DNA of 63,961 nt, counting the filler, from Collodictyon triciliatum (taxonomy: Eukaryota), in NCBI GenBank assembly GCA_043381765.1. It is 8 parts of 8 records of this genome, joined end to end, with 100 filler letters (N's around TTAATTAATTAA, not from the genome) between each part and the next. Parts side by side here need not be neighbours in the genome. Positions count along the whole stretch, not along the records: positions 18,802 to 28,098 come from JBHJMP010003082.1; positions 28,199 to 37,497 come from JBHJMP010003083.1; 6 more parts are not named here. One strand, 5' to 3'. A program made the translations under genes and the position numbers. Within the stretch, counting starts at the first letter, position 1. The number at the start of each line of letters is the position of its first letter. Under the pieces are notes generated by a model that made no database searches, was not told the origin of the DNA, and worked only from the letters and a program-made list of their open reading frames with translations. Shown piece after piece: positions 22,722-34,200 of the stretch.

Positions 22722-25700
22722 ATGTCAGCCGCACGAAACGAGGAGAGTCCCACTGCACAGCGGACACGCGTTTCAGAAATCCGGCCATTCCATGAAGGCT
22801 CGCCCGCCAAGCCAACAGCCACAGAGAATCCCCCGCAAGGCCGAAGCATCCGATTTGCCGACATGGAGCCGGAGGACATAGAAATGAGCAGCCCGCGAAG
22901 CAACATGTCGACACTTCTAGCAAGAAAGAGTCCGCGATCGGCCACGAGACAAAACGCCCAACTCGCTTCTGAGCAGCCCCAGTCGCAAAGCCCGCGTGCC
23001 TCTTCTGCTTCTGCTTCTGCTTCTGCAAAGGCCATTCCCAACACACATATCGACCTGAGCGGAGTCGCAACTGCAACTGCAACTACAACTGCAACTGCAG
23101 CCGTTGGCTCTAGCGCCGAAACTTCGCAGCTGCAGATCGTGTCTGCCCGCTCGAATCACTCTTCTGAGGCAGGGCCGAGCGTTCCCCTTCGCAAGGCGAC
23201 TGAGACGGAAGCAACATCGAAAACATCGGTAGGTGTTGTCGCCCCGGCAGCTCCGAAAAAGATAAATCCGGCACCGAATTATGCCTACGACTTGACAGAT
23301 CGACGGGTGGCGACCTCAAAGTTTTCTCGCAGTTGGATGAATCACCGTTCCGTCAATATGTTTACGTCTAGGGTTTTTCGAATCTTCCAGCAGGTTTCTT
23401 TGATGATGAATCTTCATCTCATGTCTGATTATAGCTTTTCATGATGGTGCTTTCGTCATCATTACTATCGCTACTGTTTTTGTTGTTACTAATAATATTT
23501 GATTTCGGTATTTTTCATATTCTTGTTTGCTGGTCTATACCATTCGCCTTTTAATTTAAAAACCTGCAGCCGTCTCAGGATTATGCTGAGCAATCCAGCA
23601 ACATGTCTTCGCCGCCTCCAGCCTCTCCTGCCCCTGACAGTCAGGTCTCTCCGCCGACTCAGCCTGAAGTTCAGAGTCCAAAAGAAACAAAGACAGTTAC
23701 CTTTCTTGAAGAACTGATTGCATACAAAGATTACGTGGTACGGTGATAAGTGAAAGGATATGTGATGGATGCGCCATGAATATGTGCTTGTTTTTTGCCG
23801 GGCATGTTGTCACCTCGCTCATCGTTGCATGCGCTGAGTTGTTTATGAAAAACATTTCTGTTCATAGGTAGCATCTGTAACCTCAAAAGGGCTCTTTAAA
23901 TTTTTATTGGATGAAACACTCATTTTCCCTGAATCCAAATGGCTATCTTACTGGGACTTCTTTCTTACTCTCCTTATTTTCTACACTCTCTTGGTAGTTC
24001 CGTACGTGATTGGGTTCGATGTAGGAATTGCTTAAACTTTATTCTCAGTTATTCTTTGATTTTTATATTTTTGGATAAATATGTTTGGGCGCTTATAATT
24101 TAATTTCATTGATTTACTATTTTTTGCTAAAGGTTCATCCCCACTTATAGGTTAGTATGACAGGTGGATGGTATGACTTTGACATGTTTGTAGATGCGTG
24201 TTTCTTGACAAACATATTTGTGTCCTTCAGAACAGTCATCATTGAAAAATACGAGGTTTATTTAATCGATTTTCTTATTGATAATTTCTGCTGAAGCTCT
24301 TTCAAAGAACGACTTAAATCATTGAATTTATTTATTTAAATAAACTAGCCGGTCACAGATAATAAAAGGATCGCCATAAAATACATGAAAACATGGTTCT
24401 TAATCGACCTAATTGCTGGCTTTCCGTCAAATGTTCTTGCTGATAATCCCGTGATAAGTCATCCGCTCGGATTTATTCGATTGGTTCGATTATCGAAACT
24501 TAAACGTATTGGAAAGGTTAGTATGTGCACCTGACACATGCGGGATTTTTTTTTATGTCCTTCTGGTAGTCAATACTGAGATGCTTTGCTTTATACAATT
24601 AGTTTATCTTCTTGCATATACCAGAAGTATTTTGGATTTCTTACAAATTTTACAATGATATCTCTCATTCGCAGGCTAATATTTGGGCATCTACCTCAAA
24701 TCTATACACAGTGTTGAACCTTAGTGTTCAATTTGCCTTAATTGCTCATTGGTTAGGATGCGGATGGTATCTTGTAGGTCGTGTGCAGGTACAATAAAAC
24801 GAGAGTACATTTACGTATACTTAAGATGGTTCCGAACTCTTTAAAATATGGTTTCTAAATACTTTGAATCGAATAAAGGAAAAAAAAATATGGTTTCTAA
24901 AAAATAAATAAAAATGGGATATTTAATCTAAAAAAATGAAATGCCAAGTGTTTTAATTAACCAAAAATTAGGACTTTCCTGATAACAGCTTTTCCCCTGG
25001 GGCATCAGTTTTAAACAAGGTCAGGGTTTGCATATTCTTGAGAAAGCGAAACTATATCTCGGTTTGTTGATTTTTCGAAACAATTTATTTTACATGCGAC
25101 AACACGTATAGAGTAATGTCGAACGATACATGAAGTCTCTTTCATGGGGTTTTGTGAATCTTTCCGGTTTGGGTTCCAATTTGACTCCAGAGACATATCT
25201 CGAGTGCATTTTGACTATGATTGTGGTTATTGTCTCACTATTCGTGTTCGCTACAATTATCGGCTCTATGAACTCTGCGATTGGTTTGTATTCACCTTTA
25301 AATAGGAGGGAAAATATTGACTTCAATTTTCTGTCAGTCAGTTGACGTTATCTTATCAGTTAATATTATTTTAATGCTTATCAGAAAACTTGGATCGAAC
25401 CAAGTCACGATTTCGAGACCGCCTCCAAAGTGTCAACGAATACATGAGGGTTTGAATTGGTTTTACAATTCTTTCATATCTTTTCAAAGAATGGATAGTT
25501 AGGAAAATGTCCATCTTGTCATGAATGGAAATTAAAATCTCAAGTATACAGTACCGAAGACTTCCAGAGACTACAAAAACAAAAGTTCGTCAATACTACG
25601 AGAGAATTTGGTTTCTCAATCAGGGTGTGTTATGTTCCCTTATGAAGCTCCTTGTTGTTTGCATAAGGCGTATTATGGTTTAATTTTCCAATCCTAATCA

Positions 25701-26414
25701 TACTTGACATCCAGGACTGGACGAAAAAACTATTCTTGACGACCTACCCAGAGACTTGAGGCTTGAAGTTGCTATGTTCGTCCACAAGTCACTGGTACAA
25801 AAGGTTTTTTTTTTCATGCGCTTATCTTCTTTAAGTAAACATCTGGTGTCATATGTTGTTATTGCAATCAACAAAATAGATATAAAAGCGAAACAATTCC
25901 CATCAGGTTCCTCTATTTCGAGACGCTGACGAGGCATTTATCCGAGCACTCACCCTAAGAATCAAGCCAGAGCTATGCTTACCTGGAGACTTCATATTTA
26001 GACAAGGGTTTGTTCCTGGTGTTTTATAAAATAATTTGAATTTTTTTTAAGCAAATACAGTTAGAGGTTGAGAATTAACTAAAATAAAATGAAAGAGAAA
26101 GAGGGGCTGAAATGTACTTTCTCGGTCGTGGAAAGGTAGAGATTATCGCCGGCGATGGAGTCACTATCTTGACAGTTTTAGGCGAAGGGGCTTACTTTGG
26201 TTTGCCATTATATATGTATATATTATTTTGATGCTGGTATTCATTTATTTTGGATCTAACAAATGCATATGATACGAAAAGGTGAAATCGCAATTCTAGC
26301 AAATGCCACTCGAACGGCATCTGTCAGGGCAGTGGAGGCATGCGAATTATTTGTGGTGAATTTTCTTTTGTAACTTGTATTCATAACCTATTTGTCTCCA
26401 ATACGTTCCCCAAA

Positions 26415-26472
<58 letters not shown>

Positions 26473-27146
26473 ATTCAAGCTCCAAAAAGTGGACTTTGAT
26501 GATCTACTTGGACAGTACCCTTCCATGTCTGAAAAGATTCGACAGGTAATCAATCGCGTTCAAAGCAACATACCGATGGAAGAGAGTAGTCTGGCCATTA
26601 TGTGGTTCAATTTTTTCTTACATTTATTTTTTGCTTCGCTTTAATCATCTCACCTCGAATCTCAATAACTTGTCTTGCCAGGTTGCTCAAGAGAGAGAAA
26701 AGAATAAAGTAGCACCTGTCAATGCCCCACAATCCATATCTAATTTTATCAGTGCCCTTCGTGGAGCCAGGTTTGTTATTTTAACTCATTCATCTATCTG
26801 CAGTCACTAAGGTCGCCAACCAAACCGCAGATTTTAATCAACTGCTTCCTTTTGTGTGTAACGAAACAGGCACTTGAAAGCCAAAGCAGAAAGGCACCGC
26901 CACCTATCAGCGTCATCGGCCGCATCCACTGCCACAGCAGAGCTCATCCACGAAGAGGACGAGGAAGCAGACAAGACCGCAAGCCACGAAAAGGGAAGTG
27001 CGGCCGACGCAAAAACATCATCTGACAATCAAAAATCTATTCAAGCCCAATCCAAACAAGAGACCCCCAGTGCGAAATCAGAATCTGTAAGGGATGTGGC
27101 TAATCGAGATGATGAACTTGTCAGCCCGGAATCCACCCCACGCTAA
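22722..27146 (+). CDS. Cyclic-nucleotide-binding-domain 6TM cation channel (CNG/HCN/KCNH superfamily)
   Basis: Spliced: IFPESKWLSYWDFFLTLLIFYTLLVVPYVIGF (S1), RIAIKYMKTWFLIDLIAGFP (S3), FIRLVRLSKLKR (S4), AHWLGCGWY (S5), YMKSLSWGFVNLSGLGSNLTPETYLE (pore), FATIIGSM (S6), C-linker ILDDLPRDLR, CNBD PGDFIFRQG..G.EMYFLGRGKVE...GAYFGEIAIL...RTASVRA; ends ESTPR*. Confidence 0.92.
24860..24884 (+). mobile_element. Ultra-short poly(A) insertion element, copy B (channel-gene intron)
   Basis: TACTTTGAATCGAATAAAGG-An between perfect 17-bp direct repeats AAAATATGGTTTCTAAA (24843-24859 and 24885-24901). Confidence 0.92.
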
Positions 27147-27224
27147 CTGGAGATGCTCTGCCTGCTTCTGATTCGTGGACAGCACTGCGCCATCCTCTTG
27201 TCATTCCTTTTTCTTTTTTTTCAT

Positions 27225-27350
27225 TTTGTTTTGTTTTTGTTTTGTTTTGTTTTTGTTTTGTTTTGTTTTGTTTTGTTTTGTTTTGTTTTGTTTTGTTTTG
27301 TTTTGTTTTGTTTTGTTTTGTTTTGTTTTGTTTTGTTTTGTTTTGTTTTT
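27225..27350. repeat. (TTTTG)n microsatellite
   Basis: Directly visible. Confidence 0.95.
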
Positions 27351-27477
27351 CCTCTCGGATTAACACTTTTATCGACTTTGTAGTGAAAGCATAGATACCA
27401 ATACACTCTGTGATTATCCATATCTTCGAACCATTTCTCGGGCCTTCGCTGTATATAAAATATGATCTAGTCAAATA

Positions 27478-27503
27478 CTTTGAATCGAATAAAGGAAAAA
27501 AAA
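27478..27503 (+). mobile_element. Ultra-short poly(A) insertion element, copy C (downstream of channel gene)
   Basis: CTTTGAATCGAATAAAGG-A8 between perfect 16-bp direct repeats ATGATCTAGTCAAATA (27462-27477 and 27504-27519). Confidence 0.92.
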
Positions 27504-28198
27504 ATGATCTAGTCAAATAAAAAAAATCTGAAAAATACAGACACAACCAAGGACAGAACGCAGAAGACAAAGTCGTGTGGCAGGGGTGGTTGGCCATGCC
27601 TATTCCGGATTCCAGAAACGACATCAGCCCGGTGAGTGTTTGTAAAGATTGGTCGCTGTCGTTGCCGCCGATGGGATATGGCGAGGAAAAGTCTGTCTCA
27701 GCCGCTTTCGAAACGAGATCATTCGTTGTGGGTTTTGGGACGTGCCTTTGGTCAGGGCCGGCAGCACGGAATTTCGTGTTGCCAGAGGGGCATTGTTGGC
27801 AGGGGGCTTCTCTGCTTGTTCGATGTCTCTCGTATTGGGCGCTATACATGGCGTTGTGCTTATCTTTTTCTCTTTTCTCTTTTTTCTCTTTTTTCTCTTT
27901 TTTCTCTTTTTTCTCTTTTTTCTCTTCTTTTTTCTTTTTTCTTTTTTCTTTTTTCTTTTTTCTTTTTTCTTTTTTCTTTTTTCTTTTTTCTTTTTTCTTT
28001 TCTCTTTTATTCTCTTTTATTCTCTTTTATTCTCTTTTATTCTCTTTTATTCTCTTTTATTCTCTTTTATTCTCTTTTATTCTCTTTTATTCTCTTTTNN
28101 NNNNNNNNNNNNNNNNNNNNNNNNNNNNNNNNNNNNNNNNNNTTAATTAATTAANNNNNNNNNNNNNNNNNNNNNNNNNNNNNNNNNNNNNNNNNNNN

Positions 28199-28297
<99 letters not shown>

Positions 28298-28298
28298 C

Positions 28299-31200
28299 CT
28301 TGGCGATACGTTTCTCGAGATTATCAGATTCAAATGGTAAAACAGACATTTCACGAATAAGAGACTCGTAATACAAGAGTACGTTCCTTCCAGTAATCTT
28401 TTGTGACGAGCTTCCTTTTGTCTCTTTTGCCGGCGCCTGTGATTCGAACAGCAAGAGGGTAATAGTTTTTTTTTTTTTTTTATAGACTCGTTTCAAATCT
28501 AATCGTTGAAAGCTCATGATGTTAAACGGAAAAGGAGCAATACAAAAACAGTATAAAAGCCCAAGCATAAGTAAAAAAAACCTTGGGAACTTCTTTTGTC
28601 TTCTCATTTTTTTGCCCTGTTGTGGGTGTAGTCGACGGCTCGGCAGCCTTCTTCTCCTTCGCCTCTGCTGCGGGGTCGTACTCCATCAAGTCAAAGCGAG
28701 CAAAGTCTGGTAAACTGATAAACGAGCGACAGTTTTAGGTGACAAGCATTTTTTTCTTCTGTTGTTACTATATTGTGAAACTTAAAGAACCAATCATATG
28801 AATAGACATCAATCATAGTCTTACCTAGAAGGGTCGATTTGTTGATCCACCAGCCCAAATTGTCTCTTTGAGATCGATTCCTTAACTTGATACGCCCTGA
28901 AGAGTATTTAAGCTTGAGATATAAACAAAGAGATGTAGTTTTTTTTATCCTCTTAGAGGCTTCGGCTGGAAAATATATTAAAAAATGGAACACAGATGTA
29001 AATAGTCATGAAACTCATACTTTGATGCTACAACAAGATAGTACGCAGCTGCTGCGTTATATCTGTCCTTCGAAGCAGGGTCTGCCAGTGTTTGAAGAGA
29101 GCCATACATCAGAGCCCCAATCAAACATGTTGTTCGAAGAAGAGACAGTTCATGCCCACTCCTCTCCGAGATAAATGTCATAGTCTGTGAGAGTATCACA
29201 TTTTCCCCATTAATCATTTAACATATATTCACAGAAGTCAAGGAGTGGGTTTGAAAAATACAGAAGAATAATGGCATACTTGTTTAAAATACTGTGCGAT
29301 TTCACTCAGAGCTACATCCGAAATCACATCAGCTTCATCCTACAGTTTGATGAGTACTTGCCTTAATCACTTCTTTCTTTTTTTTTGGAAACAAAAACAT
29401 CATTCGCACACTTTACTCTCAATTGTTCAAGACATATACATGGATATGAAGAGGAGTCAATGACATATGATATGCATTTGAACAATGACACAAGTTTATG
29501 TTAATGCTTGCACATAGAAAATAACATGATAATACCTTCATCGCTTCTGTTGGTAGAACCAGCCCACCCCAACTTGTGTTCGTCATCGCAAAGAATGGTT
29601 CAGTGAAAAAACGCTGTGATAGGACCAGGAGGCGCCCATTCATCAACTTTGCGGCCAGGGAAGGAGAGCAGTGAACAACCTGGACAGTAACAAAATGTGG
29701 ATATATTCATGTCCATTTCAAAGAATAATACACATAGCATATATAATATCTCATCTCGTGCAAGGTAAAGTCAACAATATATAAAGCACAAAGTGCATAT
29801 TATTATTCATATGCACCCACAGAGGCCTTTTAGAAACCTGCTGAGTCAATAATATGGCGTCATCGTAAGTCTGTATGGACTTCTCTGGTTGGCCTTGGTC
29901 TCTGTATAGCTCTGCCAGCCGTAGATAGAGTTTCGCAAGGTGTGGTGTGTCCGGCAAATAAATCCTTCTGTCGAGCGTATTCTGAGGAGGAATACATTAA
30001 AACATCGAGGCAAAAACTCAGTGACACAATAAGAAACATTAATCATGAAATGCGATAAAAATGTCTGAACTACTTTTTTCACAAAATAACCACTATTGTT
30101 TCAAAAGAACAAAAAAGGAAAGGAAAGGAAAGGAAATTTAGAACAAGTAGTTTATGTTTTTTATCCCCCACTTTTGAAATCGAAACCATGTATTCTTACA
30201 GAGTGTTTCTGAAATCCAAGGTTTGCCAATGAGGACATATAGACTTTTTCAGCCTCTCTGTATTGAGTGACTGAATCGTCAATTCTCCCAAGTGACTTCA
30301 ACATATCCCCATAGGAGCAAGAAACGTAGGCAAACAGAGAATCTACTTGATTCAGTTTTTGGCACTGTGGAGGCGACAGAGACAAAGTAAATAGAGAAAT
30401 ATATAATTTAAGAAATTAAGATATAAACAAAATCAAAAATCAATAATGAAATTGAGTGATAATGAGAAAACAACTTTGTATTCTATAAAATACAAATTCT
30501 GCAGCATTCTACGCTTTGAATACATAAAACAGAAGAATAAAAAAAAAAGAACGAGCGGTAGTATCTCAATTATTAGCCTCGAATTAGTTTCGTCAAATGT
30601 ATTCACCTGTTTTTGAAGATTGTCGTATGATGCGAGCGCCGAATCTGTCTTTCCAAGATACACTTGAATCGTGGTTTGGTATCTCTGAATCTTCTTACAT
30701 GCCGTAAGATAATTCAAAGAAGTTGCTTCCTGGACGAATTGTAAATTCATGCATTTTATTTTAAAATTCAATTCGTGCTATGATCGATGCCTGAATATTA
30801 TAATTCAAGTTACCTGGATGGCAACAGAACATTGCTTCATACATGAAGCGAAGTGTCCTTTTGATATCATATGATGGATAATGGCAAGGCGACATTTGAC
30901 CCAAAATCGAGCGTTCAGTCTCCAGCGACTTTTTTTTTAAATACAATAGAAAAGAGAAGAAGAAAAATAGGTTTATTACATATACGGCTGCTTCATCCTT
31001 CTATAGAAAAATTACCAATCAAAAAAAAAAAGAGACTATATATTTGGCGACAACATGATGTAAATTACAATTCAGTATTTGTAGCAACGATTTTATCTTG
31101 TCCAAGTTCCTTGGAGAATAATTGCATCGCCTTGGTAACAGTGTCAAGGGCCTTTGAAAATCGTCGCATTTTATGTTAGTTTGTAATTTCTCAGCTATGA

Positions 31201-34200
31201 ATATATAGACAGAAAGTTGGAAATACCAAAAGTTCATTTCCTCTGGCTGCCTGTATTTCACTAAGAAGGAAATCCGATTCGCAAAATGTAAACAATCGCA
31301 AGCTCGCTTTGAATATACAGTGCAAAATATTCAAGTTAGACTAAAAATAAAACAGGGATGATCAGAAAGAAATGAAACTAGGAAAAAAAATTAAGATAAA
31401 GTTAAATACCTGGAATGTCTGATTTCTCTGATGACTCTCGCAAATCCAGCAGAATTTTCTCTGCCATAGACAAAAACTTATCTGAACTTATGCCCTTTGG
31501 TGCTGGGGGTTGCTCAGTTGCGACTGCTGCCTTTTGTGTTGTATCCGCTGACTTGGCCTTGCTCTTAACTTTCCCTGTACCGAGTGTTGGGGAGGTGTTT
31601 CTGTTCTGTGCATTACTACCTGACCCTGCGAACCCAGAGTCCACAGATATTTCTCCAAGGTCCTCTGAGCGCCCAAGAAACATGAGTAATTTCGCTCGAC
31701 ATAGCTCAATTCGGGCGCATAGGTAGGACCCATACATTTCCTTGACGTTCGCATTCTGAATTTAAGATAATTGTAAGGAAATTAGTGTAAACAAGAGAAA
31801 AGAGAGTTAGCTGGCAGCTTGTTCTCCATGCCAAAGCTACTGTCGCCGTACATGACCAGCAAGCACAATATTATATGGTACAAACCATTTTCCTTTCTGA
31901 TATGTAGTTTACATATGAAGAATTTCCTTCATCGTCAGGAGGCAGTCCGTTGTTGTAATAAATTTGATTTTCAGGAGGATTCTCAGGGATAGAGATTCCC
32001 ACATGAGCGGGGTTGATGCGAGCCTCGTGCTTGATAGGGAGAGGCACCAAACGACCATCCAAGATTTCCAGTAGTACGTGAATAGATTCGGCGACATATC
32101 CCAGTTGTACCAAACATTCCATCTGATTTGAAACAAAATATTTAATGAGAATATACGAAATATACAAAATTGCACAGTTCAATACTGATGTTTTTGTTTA
32201 TACTTAAAATGGCATAAGCTTACTCTAAGCATCCTCCCAATAGATACTGAAAAGGGGTCGCGACAGACAACGGTGGCAACATAGATATAAAAAGAAACCA
32301 CTGGAAGAGCCTCCAATGCATTATCATTTTCAATCAACTCAGTGGAAACGAATTCCAAAGCGTCCAAAAGGGTCACAACCTTGTACTTTTCCTCGTGTAA
32401 AATAGTGACTCTGGGCAGCAATTCAATCGGTGTGTATAGAGCAAAGTCACACAAGCGCTTAGGATGAGATATATCCGCTTCGAAAACAACAGAGAACAGC
32501 AGAGCACTCAAATTGCAAAGTTCTTGGCGATATTGAAGGTCTTGCACGGCCAGGTACCTGTTTTACCATAACATATAATATATTAAATATTTAATTTAAG
32601 AGGTGTAATATTTTTATAATGAATACACAATTATTCAAAAACATGCAATTTTTTAATTTGTAATTTAATGTGTAAATTGATAGTGATACTTTGCTAATTT
32701 CGCTGTCAGAATTCCACCCAATATGCATTTCCAGATTCCCATCGACTCTAGAAGATTTACACCACGTGTGATTGTCCTCCAATTCTTACACGCTTGAATG
32801 GCTCCAAAAGCCTGGTCTACTCCGTCATTCCAATAGACCTGTGCCTGCGACAGCTGTCCTTGCTTTGCATACAAGTCACCCACTTCTTGAAGAGCCTGAA
32901 TAACATACTCATCCTCTCGACGAAGTCGAAGTAGAGATATTGCCTTGTCATAGGCCGATGCGACGGGTGCGATTTCCTGGGCTCCTTCGACAGTGTCCTG
33001 TTGGAACGGAAGAGCCATTTTACGGGCTGTGGAGAGCGCTTCTGTGGCCGCAATTTTGTCTCTCTTAGCTTCAGCCAGCATTTCCTTAGCTGTCGCAGCG
33101 TCTCGGCCTATGCTTTGCATCGCGCTGATGGCTAAGGGAAGGAAGTCTTCAGCAAACTTGTATTCTGTAAGATCGTTCCATTTCTCTACTAGAGCAATCA
33201 CATGTCTCCAACGGCAGCAACGGAGAAGCTCTGAGTGATCAATGAAAATTGTCTGATTATCTTCTTTCTTTTCTTTTTTTTTTAATACTTTTGTGTGCAT
33301 ATATGATTGTACCATGAAATATTGTTTATAAATGGCGAATAGTTTAGCGAAATTCTTAAACAAAATTAGGAGAATGAGGAAAAGGGGAGGAGGGCGTACC
33401 TCTAGTACAGGTTGTGAAGAGCTTCAATATGACAGAAAAGTTAAAGAAATCCTGGTCGTCAAACCAGAAGCCTTGATTTCTTCCAACCTCACTAACATAT
33501 GATGTCGATGTTGTCGGGACGCTACTGAGCTCATCCATCGACTCGCTTCTACCTTCCATGTTTGGGGTGCCAGGCTCATCTGATTTTATAAATGACATCA
33601 TATCCAAAATAGCGTCAGCGACTAAAAACAAAGATTTCCCGATGGCGTTGTTTGGCTGCGCCTCGTCCATTCGATATTGGATTCGTAGATAATTCATTAA
33701 ACAAATCGAGCTGTTCTCCATGAAAGACCAGGCTCGGGCTCTGCAAGAAAGAAGAATCGATTGCTGAAAATGTTTGACTACATTTGCCGACTGCGAATCT
33801 GCTATTATCTCGACTGGCATGGTAGCCTGGGCAGACACAACTGGTGTTGAGTTTGGTTGGCTTTCAGGTTTTCCGGCCGGTTTCTTGCTTCGACTAGAGC
33901 CCAATGCTTGGGAACCTACTACTTGCGAGGAAGGACGAGTGTTTGCAGATACAGACATTGGTGTGAATTCAGAGTCATTGAGAGATAAAGCTCGAATAAA
34001 ACATATTTCTGCTCTAGATTCAACATCTCCTCTTCGTAAAGCAGCAAGATTTCTTTTCCGGATGGATTTTTGGATGAATGCATTCAGTTTGCATTGCAAG
34101 ACAATCGCGGCATTAGTTTTACGCTCCAGCTCTTGTTGCTCTGGCGTGAGCTCCTTCGTATCCTCTATGCTCTCGGCTGTTTTGTTTGCCATGTCATCCT

